Below, one piece after another: positions 25,130 to 39,120 of a stretch of 64,000 bases of DNA (its first letter is position 1; each line of letters opens with the position of its first letter). Source of the DNA: Vicugna vicugna (lineage: Eukaryota); assembly GCA_013265495.1 (NCBI GenBank), contig MU057887.1:321985-385984 (forward strand), given 5' to 3'. Made by a program: the position numbers and the translations under genes. Below the pieces are notes generated by a model that searched no databases, was not told the origin of the DNA, and saw only the letters and a program-made list of their open reading frames with translations.

Positions 25130-26030
25130 GCATCCTCTCCTCCTTCTCTCCTGCTCTCCTGGGTTGAGCCCCTCCTTGGGCCCTGGGTCCCAGCCCCTCC
25201 CACCTTCTCAAGAACTGCCCTCTAGTAGCCCTCTCTCTTCTTCACCTTCAGCCTCTCCTTCGATCCTTCCCCTCTGCATTTTAACATGCTTGGGGCTCTT
25301 CCACTTTTAAAGACAAAAATTTTTTTAAAACCAACCCTCCACCCCAATGCCTCTCCAGCTAGTTCCCCATCTCTGAGTTTCTATTCTCAGCCAAACGTCT
25401 GTAAAGCAATCTACCCCCGCTCCCTACAGTGTCTCTGTACCTCATTTCTCAAACCATTGCTCAGGGTTTCAACCCAACCTTCCCTTCTCCAAAAGGGCGT
25501 ACTCTAGTGTCACTCACGACCGGTTATTTTGCCAGCTCCAATGGCTCTTTGTACAATCTTCACCTTAACCTTTCAGCACATCCAAGGTCCCCAGCCAGTC
25601 CCCCTCTTGAAACACTACACACCTTATCCTAGCTTTCTTCCTGTATCTCCAGCCAACTCACCTCAGTCTCCGGTGACTTTTAACACAATGGAACCCCTCA
25701 ATAACATGCATAAGTTCCACCCTTAGGCAATTTCTTCCACTCACGAGGCTTCTGTAACACCTTGAACACGTATGACTCCCAGTTCAGACCTCTTCTTTTA
25801 ACTTCAGACCCACATGGATGTATCACAGGCACCTCAGATAAATATCTTCAAAACTGAACTCACTGTCTCCATCCCCTCCCCAGACCCAGACTCCCTCCAG
25901 CATTCCCTCTCATAGAAGAAAACTGGGGGTCATCCTTGACTTTCCTATTGTGCAATCCCTACAATTCAAATCAGTCCTCACATTCTGCCTCAAATCAGAT
26001 TAGATACATATCAAACCCACCCGCTTCCCT
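25130..26030 (+). mobile_element. L2 fragment
   Basis: Pyrimidine-rich; catggatgtatcacaggcacctcagataaatatcttcaaaactgaactc. Confidence 0.65.
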
Positions 26031-26039
26031 CCACCATCA

Positions 26040-26270
26040 CTGCTGGGAGAAGGAAGCACTGACCACGCTATTCCACTGGGAGAGGACAGGTGGCAGCCCC
26101 ACACCTGGTCTCCCCCGGACTCTGCCCCTGCGCCTCGTACTTCCGCTGATTTTACTCTGTGTCCTTTAACGGTGATAAACTATGACCATGAATGTAACAG
26201 CTTTTCTGAGTTTGTGAATCCTTCTAGAGAATTCTGAGCCTGAAAGTAGTCTTGGAGACCCCCTGCACGT
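26040..26270 (+). mobile_element. ERVL-type LTR fragment (MER68/MER77-like)
   Basis: gctgattttactctgtgtccttt...gtgaatccttctagagaatt...gtcttggagacccc. Confidence 0.5.
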
Positions 26271-27519
26271 CAACAAATAATTAAACGATAAGAATCATGA
26301 TTATAGTTTTAGATGTGGGAGAAAAGAAAACGGGAGAAATCGTGGTTTCTTGTAAGACAAATGCATATCCCCAAACCCTGGACTGTGCTGACAGCTGTCT
26401 TTGGGGTGGGGTTAGGCGGAGCAGTTGGTTACTAGACGCTATTAGAAAGTGACAGTCACAGGTCGAATCCGAGCACTTGGGGCTGAAAGGCACCTTGGAG
26501 ACAGCATCTGGTTCAAGGGCCCTCGCCTGGCAGACAGGGTGATGGCGGGGAGCCCAGGGACACAGAATGAGCTGGTGTAGTCACCAGGCTCGCTCAAATA
26601 AACCCAGTGCTCACTGAACCCTGGGTGCCGGGCACTAGGGCAGATGCTGAGGAAATTGATTCCCTGGGTTCAAGTAACGCGTAGAAGAGGCTTGGGTGGG
26701 GCTAGGAGCGGGGGACGCCTAAGTCAGGCCTGGCCACTCCAGCAGGAGCTGAATGAGTGCAAGCTGCCCCATGCAGTGGTCCTCAGACCTCTGCACTACG
26801 CAGAGCAGAAGAGAGGGAGCCCTGATCCGCCCTGGGGGTACAGGGGGATGGTGTTGGGGGGCAGGGAGGACACTTCAGGAGAGGCATTTACAGTGACCGG
26901 GAAGCTGCCCCGGGGGCCCCGCCTTCCCCGGCCCAGTTCCCCTGAACTGGCACAGTTTGGAGAAGCTCCCTGCGATAGCACTGTAGCGGAGGGAACTACA
27001 CAAGGTGAGTGTGCGCTTAAGGGCCTTGTCACCCGAATGACAAGGGCAGTGCCTTCTAAAGGGATGACAGAACTGCTGAGGCCATGAACCAGGCAAAAAA
27101 CCAACCACATTTAAAACCAAAGGGCTCTGGGAGCTCCATCAGTCAAGGACCACGGTCATGCGTGCTGGGTGGGGCGCATGCGCATTTCCTGCCACCAGTC
27201 CTGATGGAAAGGTGAATGGGTCCAGGGAGGAGCGCGGGTCGGGTCTGCCCTCTGCGCGCACAGGCTCCTGAGGAGTCTGCAAGCAGGTTGCTGGCTTGCC
27301 GTCGGTAACCAGGGAGCCTATGACTAGAGTCCCAGAAACGGGGACCTGGGGCAAAGGATAAGATCGCCGAGCAGGCCGAAACCACCACCCTTTTCCCACG
27401 GACTCCAAGGTCCTCCCTAGAGCTCTGGGGAGAAGCAGGTGGGGCACCTGCGGGCGCCCTGTCAGGCCTCGCCTCCCTTGTCTGCTCTGGTCTCTCCTCT
27501 AGGGTTCCTCCTTGCAAGG

Positions 27520-27945
27520 CCTCTGTGGTTTCCTGGGGCCGCAGGAACACAGCACCACGGGCCGGGGGTCACACAGGGGACATCTGTTCTCTCTCAGAGG
27601 CCAGAATCCTAGACCAAGGTGTCCACAGGGCCAGGTCCTCCTGAGGACGCAGAGGGGGACTGCACCAGGCCTCTCCCTCTCTCTCTAGTTTCTGGGGGCT
27701 CACTGGCTTGAAGACTCATCACCTGGCGCTCCGCCTCCATCTTAACATGGCCCATTTCCCCTGTGTGCCTATGTCCAAGTTCTCTCTCTCTGTGGACACC
27801 AGTCATGCTGGATTAGGGGCTCACCCTACACCAGTGTGGCCGCGTCCTAACTACTCACATCTGCAGCAACCCTGTTCCCACACAAGGACACATTCCCAGT
27901 TCCTGGGCCTTAGGACTTCGACGTGAATTTTGAGGAGACACAAAG
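27520..27945 (-). mobile_element. MaLR LTR (MLT1-type)
   Basis: ggacaccagtcatgctggattaggggctcacccta...tgaattttgaggagacaca. Confidence 0.75.
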
Positions 27946-30900
27946 TTCCCTGTCGGGGAGGAGCCTTTGTGTCCCCCATCCACCCACCTAGGCCTCCGCT
28001 CACTGGTCCAGAGGGGCAGACTTCTGCTCTGCCCCCAGGATGGGGACTGAACTCTCCCCATCACGCACTGCTCCCTCCTCCAACTGGCAGGACCAGCAAG
28101 AGCCAAGGACACGGGGCCCATTTACCAGGCGACGCCAGTTCCCTTTCCCACTGCGGCTGCTCTCCCTGCGCTGAACATCGCAGGCCAGGCTGCTCGGGGT
28201 TCTGCCTCTGCCGGGGATGGGGTGAGTCTGAGGGGAAGGTGGCTCCTCCCAGCTCCAGGCCAGCGGCATCTGCTGTCTCTGCTCCTCCGAGTTCACTGGG
28301 CACTTGTGGGGCCCATTAGTAAAGCAGGTATGTACTTCGGTTTCCAGTGGCTCCTTGTGAATCTGTTTCTCAGTTAGTTAGAACCCGAAGCGTTTATTAT
28401 TCAGTACGTATTTAGTGAACGGATTAAACACTGCTTTGAATATAAATGAGTGTCTGTGAGCATGGTGGGGAGACTGGAGGGAAGCGGGCGGAGGAAACAA
28501 GGGAGACAGGAAGGGGAGCGGAAGGAGGAGAGAGGGAAACACGAAGTATTTACCCCACACCTGGAGTCCCCAGGAACCTGTACGGCCCTGGAAATTACCT
28601 GCCTTATGGCTTCAAACCCTGAGATTTAAACTGTGATCATAACACCCTCATTTCAGCAGACGTCCCGGCCTCACGAGCTGCTCCAGGCTCACTCAGAATT
28701 GACCATGGCCTTCCCGAGCTGGCTTTCACATGCCCAACCTCGAGGGTCAGAATCACCAGCTCCTTCCATCCCGCCCCTCCCCTCCCATCAAGGTCTGCGA
28801 TGCTCTCAGAAACCAACGTCCACTGTGTTTCAGCACCTTCTCTTTCATAATGAATTAAACCTACCCCGTCACATACACATCCCTCAGTATCAGAAGAAGA
28901 AAGTAATCCTAAATAACCACTCCTAAAAGGAATGCGAAAGCACTTCATTATTTATAAATCACATACATTTTAGAGGGAGCCTCAGATACCTTCTGAGAGC
29001 CTGGGATTAAAGTAATTCAAACAAAAGTTTTAATGAAAGGATCCCCCCAAGTTTTTCTGAGCAATGAAGAGGAAAGAACTGAGCATTTGCGAACAGTGTA
29101 GGAGATGTCCAGAAATACTCTGGTCTTTTGTCTCAGTGATACATGATCTCCCCAGCAGCTCTTGGAGGCAGACAGCAGTGTCCCCATTTGAGAGACAGAA
29201 AAAACAGTAATAAGGAACACGGGAAGATTAAGCAATTAAGTGACTTTGCTGCTAAGTAACAAACTTTGGAATCTGGGCTTAGGTCTGTCTGATGTTTTGA
29301 AGTGCACTGGGCTCTTCCCACTCTAGGAGAGTTTCCCTGGCTCCATCTTCCAGGCAGATTGGTTAATAAACGTGTGTCACAGGAAGTCCTGGCCGAGGCC
29401 ACGATAAGAGAAGCAGGGGTTTCATTATTTCGCCTCTACCTTCTCTGCCCAAGGCTTCACAAAAAGATGGTTTGGTGTGAGCTCACAGCTTTCCTCTAGT
29501 TATTCTACAGGAATTCAGGAAAAGCAAGGGCTGTCCTTCACGTACCTGGCATAGCACAGTCCTCAGTGTCTCCTGCCCCCTCCACCTTAACGCCCTCACT
29601 GAGGGAGAAATAGGCCAAGTGATTCTGGTTCAATGTGAGTTTAGTGTCAAAGGAGGAGGAGCCGATAGATGAGGCTCATACTGACACTGTTCTCATAGTA
29701 ACAGGACAGAGTCCAGGCTGCTGAAACCAAGATTCTAACATTAAAGGCAGTGCCTTAAAGAAAAGCTTATTTCCTTACCACATAAGAGTTTTAAGGTCCA
29801 GACAGTGAGCCAGGCTCGTCCCATCTCGTTGCTGTGCTGGCCCGAGGGCACCATCTTCCTTCATGGTCAAAGCTGGGCGGCGAGTGTGTTCATGTTCCAG
29901 TTTGCAAGAAGGGAAAGGAGCATCATTCCAGGCTGGGGCTCACTGTCTATGGGGGTGACGACCTAGAAGTTGCACCATCGTCTGTGCGCACACCCTGCAC
30001 TTGGCCACAAGGCCACACCAGCAAGACAGGAGATGGGAAGCGCCTGTCGTCAAGCCCAGCGGCAATCGCTCCTGTGGAAGACAGGAGAGCAGACTGTGGC
30101 GGCCAGCAGAAAACTCTGCCGCAGTGACAGCCGTCGTCTGCAGCTGTACTTCACTGTACATCTAACTAGCAATTTCATACCCACCACTTCGTTTAATCTA
30201 GCAGTGAACTTCTGAGTAGGTACCATTTGTCTCATGTGATGCATGAGAAAATGGGGCCAAAGAGGTTAAGGGACTAGGGTAAGGCCTAACTGTAGAATTT
30301 TAAATGCATGATGAGGATGAAAACCTTGGTGATAAAATATTGGTAGAGTCAAAAAGGAAAGCCCGTTCCATTTGCTCTAACCACATTTACTAAGCAATAA
30401 GAATCAAGGAACCGAGAAACAGGGAGACAGGATGGGTCCGTGGCCTCAAAGGCATCATGACAGCTGAGAGAGTAATAGTTTTCGCCATAAGGTGTGGTCA
30501 TGAGGACTGCAGGACAGAAAGAAGGATGGTGACAGCCATGGACAGAGAGGGACATTAGGACATAGAGAAGACACTGATGCTTCCTGGAGAGTCACAAAAA
30601 CTAAATGATTTTCCTATCATGAGTGGAAAAACAGCAACTCTACAATTTTCCAGTAGAAAATGGAGCAGTAGGTGTTGAGAAAAAACTAGGGTACTCTGAA
30701 GGAAATGGGCCTCCCTTTTTCCCTGGCCTTATAGTCTCTCATCCACTTTTTATTCCGGCCAGTGCTGTGGCAACCCATCTCCTGCAGGTGTACCCTGCCA
30801 CACCTGGCCACACTGCTGCCCTGTGCGTCTCTGGCATTCTCCCAGGGTTGCCCTGATGCTACAGTGCAGGTCACCTGTGGGGAATCTGCCCATAACTCAT

Positions 30901-31028
30901 ACATCCACAACTGGGAAAGCCTTGCCCATGGGATGCGGCACCAGGAGACAACTGCTCCCTCTCTGTCCCAGACAGCATCGTCTGAGGTACATGCTACACA
31001 CTGCAAGGTGACACCAGGGAATCAGTCC

Positions 31029-31347
31029 TCTGATGGTTAATATCATGTGTCAATTTGGAGGGTGTTTTTGGATGAGATTAACATGAAAATGGTGAACTCT
31101 GGATAAAGCAGAGTGCCCGCCTCAGTATGGGTGGGCCTCACCCAATCAGTTGAAGCCTGACTGGAACAAAGACTGAACTCCCTGAGGAAGAAGGAAGTCT
31201 CCAGCAGACTGCCTTCTGACTTCATCCATACCATCAGCTCTCCTGGGTCTTGCAGATTTTGGACTTTCTGGCCTGCATAATCGCATGAGCCACTTTCCTA
31301 TAATAAAGCTCTTGGTTCTGCCTTTCTGAAGAACCCTGGTTAGGACA
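31029..31347 (+). mobile_element. MLT2-type solo LTR, probably nested in an older LTR16-like element
   Basis: tgatggttaatatcatgtgtcaa...ggatgagattaaca...aataaag...gaaccctggttaggaca. Confidence 0.8.
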
Positions 31348-32099
31348 TAGCCCCAGTGACCAGCTCGAGAATGCACTCTTATACTGGTTTTCCTCTTTCC
31401 CTGTTACACTCTTCTGGTCTCTGGAATCACTCACTTCCCAAAATGAACTAGGTATGTGCACACCCTAGTCCCAGCTTGCTCTCAGGGGCTCCCCAGCCAG
31501 GCTACAATGTTTGCACATGTAATATTGAGGGTAATCAATATACAAGCACATTCGTGGCTCAAAGAGACCCTTACGTGTTCGCTATTTCCCAGGATCATGA
31601 GACCCAGAACACTGAAGTGTGATGGGACAAATGCCACGGGGACCTCCCAACCCCCAGCAAGGCTGCGCTCCTCCCAACCAAAGAACAATATTCTTTTGCA
31701 TCCCTCATGTGGCTTAGCATTTGAGAAGTTTGCAAAAAATGCTTACTGGACTGGATGTCGTGTTTTAAAATTTGCCTATGTGCTGTCATGATGGAACATG
31801 TGAACCTGTTGTTGTTCAAATGCTATATTATTTGGTGAATCCAAATACAAAGGATTTGGCTAAGAACTTCAGCTCTAGTGTCGCGAGGGCACAGATTCAA
31901 GCCTCAGTTCCTCCACTAGCTGGCTGTGGCACAGCATAATCCATAAAGAAATATACATTAAGTTTTTCTGCTGAGAGAAATAAATGTCCACCTATAATTA
32001 CCTTCCCAGCTAAATGTCAACACAACAATGAGGAAGAGAAGGTTTTTTTTTTTTAATCTTAAGAGACTAAGAGAATACCACTATAAAGATTTTCACTGA

Positions 32100-33264
32100 A
32101 AAAAATACTATAGCGTTTATTTCAGAAAGAGAACATTTGAAAAACAGATATAAGAAAAACTGGTAAACAAAGTAACTGGTAACTATGTGGCAAATATACA
32201 TCAGCACTGTATAGAAACAACAGCAATAATAAATAATTTGAAGAATATAAAATCAGGTGTAAATAAAATGGTGGATAATGACATACAAGATAGGAGTGGA
32301 TATTTGAATTAAAGCATTTTAAGGTCTTGGTACTATTCAAGCCTAGAGTAGAGGAGAGATACTGATTAATTTCAGATAAGTCAAAAAACAAATGTTAAAT
32401 ATGGAAATAGAATAAAACCTCAAGCCTGTAGGGAGGGGTGAAGTGGAGAAATGGACACAATGAAAACCCAATCAGTCCAAAAGAAGGCAAGAATTTTTTT
32501 TATCAAATAAATAAAAGACATATAAAGTAGAAAGTACAAAAGGAGATGGTAGGAACGAATGCATAAGTATCTACAGTCACCAAACTGTAAACAAAGTTAT
32601 CAACTGCAAGGCAGAGTCGCAGACTAGCCAGGGACAAGAAAATGCACCTGTATGATATTTACAAGAAACACCCTGAGTACCTAGAAAGACTGAGACTGAA
32701 AGGAGAAAAAAAAAGGTTTACCTGGCAAATATTAGCCAAACATCAGAAAAGCACAAAAGACAGAAAGCATCATTAGGGATGACGCTATCCTAGAAGAAGC
32801 ATTTTCTAACAAAGGCACAAAATTTGTGAATCTGTTCTGAACCTAACAACACAATTTCAAAACACAGAAGCCAATAATTGACAGAATTACAATGAAAAAT
32901 GGACAAATCCACAGAGAGAACATACTATCTTTCCAAGGACATATTGAACATTTACAATAATTGATCGCACATTAAGCTATAATACAACACTCAACAAATA
33001 GGAAACATCGATATAATAAAGCCCCATTCCTGAATTCAATTTCATAAAAGTAGAAATCAGTAACAAAAAATAAGAAGAAATGTCCATACAACTAGAATTT
33101 TTAAAAATAAACTTCAAGACTAGTCATGGGTCAAAGAAGAACTGAGAAGCCATAATAATTTAGAATTGAACAATAATGCTTTTGAACATCCCCTCCACTG
33201 TGCAATTCCACATTTGACCAATGCTGTTAGACAAAATACATGTGCGTGCACATGCGCACGCGCA

Positions 33265-33304
<40 letters not shown>

Positions 33305-35720
33305 GCTGGCAATGAAGAAACAAAGCTGTCATTATTTACAGAAGACTCCAATCCCGTAAATCAGAGGCTCAAAGACAAGCCACGTGTAGAAGAGAGTTCA
33401 GTAAGGTTGCAGAATAAAAGATGAATATCCAAAAGTCAGCTATGTGTCTACACACCCACAACTAATTGTTGGAAACCGTCGTTTTTAAAGAGGCACCATT
33501 TATAAGAGCTACAAAGCACTGAAAGTGTCTAGGAATAAATCAAACCAAAGATGCGGAAAATCATAAAACTTTTTGAATAACATAAATGGATGAGAAAATC
33601 TGACTTTAAAGATGGGGCTTCTCCCCAAACAGTAAGTGTTAATACTTAATGCAATTTTACACAAAATCTCAATAGGGGTTTTCAAAGAGTTTGTAAACTG
33701 ACTCCAAAATGTACGTAGAAGAGCAAAGGGCCAGGCACGACCGAGAATGTTTTGAGTGATGTGGGGAGGCTTGCTTTGCTGTTTGTCGAGACTCACTGTG
33801 CAGCTACTGTTGTTACGTTGTTGGTACTGAGATAAATACACTGTGAATCAGAACAGAAGGCACCAAAACAGACGCACGCATGTTATACGAAAACATGATA
33901 CATAAGGGGACATTACAAAAGGAAAAGGGTTTAATAAATGGGGCTTGACACAGTTGGTTTTTCACAGGGAAAATAACTAAAGTTGAATTGCTTCCTACCA
34001 TTCAAAATAGAGTCCAGGTGGGTTAAAGACCTAAAACAGAATAGCAAAACTTGGAATAAAAGAAAATAGAAGAATAAAAAACAGGGGAAAAAAAGAAAAA
34101 CAGAAAAACTTGAAATAGGATAAAATAGAAGAAACGTAGAATATTCTCAGAATCTTGGGGTAAGAAAGGTCTTACCATGCAGAACACACAAACCCTCGTG
34201 GAAAAGGTCGTTAAGTTTGAGTATACAAAAATCTAAAACTTGGTTACAACAAAAGTCACCATAACTTAGAGAAAAGTCAGGCCACAGAGGAGAAGACATT
34301 TGCAATATTAAGGATTAATTCCAAAACATATCAAGAATGTCTATAATGAATAAGAAAAAAGCCAGAGACTCCATTAGAAAAATGGGGGAAAATATAAGGC
34401 AATGGACAGAAGAGGGAGAAAAATATCAAAAAAAAAAAGATGTTCAATCTCTCAGTAATCAGAGAAATGCAAATCAAAATGAGGTTTCCTTCCACATCCA
34501 TCAGATTGGAAAAGTATTTCAGCCGAACAAAATTACATGTGGGTGAAATGTGGAGCGACAGAATCCTTCATACACTGGAACCCTTCATACGTTTGTCAAA
34601 CGGGGAAACTCTGGTATCACTGGGCATGGCTGAAGATGCTGGTCCTAGATGGACACCCAAATCATTCCACAAGGATGTACATAGAAGAACACTCAGTATA
34701 GCATTGCTAGTAATGGTGAAAGCTTGAAAATGGATAAGCTGCAGTGCACGTAGTTGACGGACTGCAATATAACAGTTACGACGAATAAACTACAGAACAA
34801 GGCCTGCGTGTTGCAAGCACTGTGCAGGCGTCTGATGGCGTCATCAGCACCACTGTCAGCATCAGCACCTCAAAGGCATGAAGTTCAGGGCAAAGAAAAT
34901 CAAGTGACAGAAAGTTGTATTGATTGTTTCATTTATATAAAGTATAAACTTCATATAAATAAAGTTTTAAACCATTTTGTCAATGTATAAGACATATTTA
35001 TGGATAGATATGTGTGTAATAATATTATAAAATTATGAAGACCTCCATGGGAATAATAAACACAGAATTCAGGATAATGTTTATCAGCGAGGGGGGAGGA
35101 GAAGAACGGAGTCAGAGAGGAGGACAGAGAGAGCTTCATTTGTATTTGCAGTTTTACTTCTTAAACTGGATAGAGTCCACAGGAACTCTTTATCTTGTTC
35201 TCCATGTGGCATTATACACTATTTTATGTTTCAAGAAAGTCTGATAATACTATGTGTCAGTGAGGATTTGCAAAAAAAAAAACTCTCTTACACTGCTGGT
35301 GGGAATATAAATTGGAACAGCCACTTTGGGGAGTAATTTGGCAATATTTAGTAAAGTTTAAATGTCTGTACTAATACCCAGTAATTCCACTTCCAGGAGC
35401 CAATCCTAGAAAACCTCTCCTGCATGTAGATACAAAGGCATTGATAAGAATGTTTAATGAACCACTATTTATAGTAAGACAGAAACGATGGTTTCTAGAT
35501 GTCCACCAGTAATAGAAGGTGACATTTAATGAGTGATGACACACACTAGTCATTGTGTAGGGAGATGAATGAATAAACAGAATGGATGGGTAAGTAAAAT
35601 AGTGCACTGCTGTTTAAATGACAACCAAGACCTGAATCTATCAGTATGATAAACCTCAAAAAACACATTTAAAAAGGTGAAGTACCAGAGGGTGCACACA
35701 GTATAAATTTTAAATTCACA
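32100..35720 (+). mobile_element. Degraded old L1 (L1ME-like) fragments
   Basis: A-rich ORF2/3'UTR remnants such as tcagagaaatgcaaatcaaaatga and cactgctggtgggaatataaattgg. Confidence 0.7.
33236..33300. repeat. (CA)n with mixed (GC/CA) alternating purine-pyrimidine tract
   Basis: atacatgtgcgtgcacatgcgcacgcgcacgcgcacacaca... Confidence 0.9.
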
Positions 35721-35724
35721 AAAT

Positions 35725-38260
35725 TTCTGGGAAGATGGCGGAGTAGGAAGCTCCAGGAACCTGTCTCCCCACCTGGACAAGAATAGCATTGGCCAAATCA
35801 ATCTGATGTAACTATTTTGGAGCTTTGGAATCTATTGAAGGTTTGCAGCTTCCAGGAGAAGGCTGGGATGGCAAATTGTGATTAATTTTAGTCAGTTTCA
35901 GCTCTATGCACAGCGGCAGGCACACAGCTGGTGAGAGCTAGGTGAGCCAAAAAGACCCTGTCTTCCAAGCGGTGGTGCCTGAGCTCTGGTCACTGATTGC
36001 TGCTTCTGATCACAGAGGTGCAGACACAGAGGCAGCAGCCATTGCTGTTGCACCTCTCCTCACTGTTGCAAGCCCTTCTCCCTCCAGCTAAAGTGACTTC
36101 CAGGGGTTTTAAAGAGCCAGGGCCCTTTTCCCTGCTTCATTTCTCATCTTCCATTATTAGGAGCCAGACACTAAAGACTAGGATGTTCAAAAACAATTGC
36201 ATATATGGGGAAAATCAGAAAATGACCATGCACACCCAGGGAAAAGCTCAGAAAAGATATAAGAAGAACTTAAGTTTATACTTCAGGCTGATCCTCAACA
36301 CAGATAGCCTACAATAATAAAATAATAATAATAACAAGACCCAGTAAACCTTGGGGAAGGTAGAGAATCTGACTTCCAGAGTTAGTTCATAATTAGACTC
36401 AAATGTCCAGTTTTCAACAAAAAACCACAAGGCATATAAAGAAGCAGGAAAGTAGGGCCCATTCAAGGAAAAAAAACCAAATCATCAGAAACTGTCCCTG
36501 AAAAAGACCTAATGGCATACACACTAAACAAAGACTTAAAAACAACTATCTTAAAGATGTTCAAAGAACTAAAGACAGATGTGGAGAACATCAAGAAAAT
36601 GATGTACAAACAAAATGGAAATGCTAATAAGGGAATGGAAAACCTAAAAATTCTGGAGCTGAAAAGTATAACTGAAATAAAAATTCCCTAGAGGGATTCA
36701 AAGACAGATTTGCGCAAGCAGAAGAATCAGTGATCCTGAAGACAGGATAATGGAAGTTATCAAGGCTGAGGAATGGAAAGAAAAAAGACTGAAGAGAAGT
36801 GAATGGGGCCCAGTGGGCCTGCTGGGCACCACCAAGCAGGCCAACACACACTGTGGGAGTCACAGAGGCAGAGAGAGACAGGAAGGGGCAGAGGGAATGT
36901 TGAAGAAATAATGGCTGAAAACTCCCTAAATCTGATGAAAGACATGAATATAAACATCCAAAAAGCTCAAAAAACTCAAAGCAAGATCAACTCAAAGAGA
37001 CCCACACCAAACACAATATAATCAAATTTTCAAAAAACAGAGTTAATCTTGAAAGCAGCAAGAGAAGTAAATTGTCACATACAAGGTATCTTCAATAAAA
37101 TTATCAATAGATTTCTTATCAGAAACTTTGGAGGCCAATAAAATTATCAATAGATTTCTTATCAGAAACTTTGGAGGCCATAAGGCAGGGAGCCAATATA
37201 TTCAAAGTGCTAAAAAGGGAAAAAATGAGTCGACAAAGAATCCTGTATCCAGGAAAATTGTCAACAGCGAGGGAGAAATTAAGACACTCAGCTGAGGGAG
37301 CTTGTTACCACTAGACTTATCCCGAAGGAAATTCTCAAAGGAAGTCCTATAAGGTGTAATGAAAAGGAACTAGACAGTAACTCAAGAAATAAAGATCTCA
37401 AGGTAAACACATGGGCAATTGTTTAAAAGCTAGTATTATTGTAACAATGGCTTGTAACTGTGCTTTTTGTTTTCTATATGATTTAAGAGACTAATACACT
37501 GAAAAATATTAATCTAAAAGCTAGTATTATAGTAACTTTGGTTTATAACTCCAATTTTTTCTATATAATCTAAGAGATGAACACATTTAAAATTATTAGT
37601 TTATGTTTGGGCACACAATGTATAAAGATGTAATTGTGGGGACATCAACAAAGGCTGGAGATGGAGCTGTAAAGGGGCAGAGTTTTTTACGTTACTGAAG
37701 TTAAACTGGTATACATTCAAATTAGAATGTTTTAACTGTAGGATGTCAAATGTAATTTCCATGGTAACCACAAAGAAAATAGCTATGGGATGTACACAGA
37801 ACAAAATGAGAAAGGAATTTGAATATTTCACCACAAAAAATTAACTAAACACAAAAGGCAGTAATGCAGGGAATGAACAAAAAAGCTGTTAGACATAGAG
37901 AAAACAAATAGTAAAATGATGGAAATCCCTCCTCATCAGTAATTACTTTAAATGTAAATGGATTAAACTCTCCAATCAAAAGACAGAGTTTGGCAGAATG
38001 AATAAAAACACACGATGTAACTCCATGCTGTCTACAAGAGACTCACTTTAGATCCAAAGACACAAACAAATTGAAAGGATGGGTAAAGATATTCTGTGCA
38101 AACAGTAGCCAAAAGAGAGCAGGGATGGCTCTACTAATGTCAGACAGAATAAACTTAAAACCAGAAAAGGATATTAACAGATGCTGAAGGATATTATGTA
38201 TTTTTTAAAGGCTCCAATACAGCAAGAAGACATAACAATTATAAACACTTAAGTACCTAG
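35725..38260 (+). mobile_element. L1 (L1MC/MD-like) 5'UTR, ORF1 and start of ORF2
   Basis: ttctgggaagatggcggagtaggaagc 5' end; EEIMAENSLNLMKDMNINIQKAQ ORF1 peptide; aatgtaaatggattaaactctccaatcaaaagacagag endonuclease start. Confidence 0.85.
37093..37178. repeat. Perfect 2 x 43-bp tandem duplication
   Basis: caataaaattatcaatagatttcttatcagaaactttggaggc occurs twice, head to tail. Confidence 0.95.
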
Positions 38261-38269
38261 GAACTTGTC

Positions 38270-39120
38270 CACTTCATTTAATAGGCATATAAATATTCAT
38301 AATATTCCTTATTCCTTTAGTGCTTGAGGTAAATTGTGATGTTGCCCCTTTCATTTCTGATTTACTAATTTGTCTTCTTTTTTTTTTTTCCCTTGGTCAG
38401 TCTAGCTAAAAGCTTGTAAATTTTATTGATCTTTTCAAAAGACCAATTTTGGGTTTTCTCGATTTTTCTATTACATTTTTCTTCTCTATTTCATTTATTT
38501 CCACTCTTTTTTGTTCTGGGTTTGTTTTTTGGGTTTTGTTTTGTTTGAGTGGAAGCTTTGGCTATTGATCTGAGACCTTTCTTCTTTTTCATATAAATTT
38601 CCTTCTAAGCACTGCACTTGCTGCTTTCCTTAAGTTCTGGTATATTGTGTCTTCATTTTCATTTATCTCTAAGTATTTTCTAATTTCTCTTGTGATTCTC
38701 CTTGTCTATCCATTATTTATGAGTGTGATGTTTAAATTTCATATTTTTAATTCCCCAAATTTCCCTTTCTTGATTTCTCATTTCATCCCATTGTGGTCGG
38801 AGAACATACTTCATATGATTTCAATGCTTTTAACTTTTTGTAGCTTGTTTTACGGCCCAACATATGGCCTGCCCTGGGAATGTTCCAGTGCACCTGAGAA
38901 TGTGCATTTCTACTGTCGTTGGGTGGAGTGTCCTACAGCTGTCTGTTAGGTCTAGTTGGTTTAAAGTGTTGTTTAAGGCACCTGTATCCTTGGTGATCTG
39001 CCTACTTGTTCTATCCATTATTGAGAGCAGGATATTGAAGTCTTCAACTATCATTATTGAATTGTCTATTTCTCCCCTCAATCCGGTCGCTTTTTATTTC
39101 ATGTACTTTGGTCTGGGTGC
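38270..39120 (-). mobile_element. L1 ORF2 endonuclease-region segment, inverted relative to the upstream piece
   Basis: Minus-strand peptide GEIDNSIMIVEDFNILLSIMDRTSRQ...LNNTLNQLDLTD. Confidence 0.85.
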
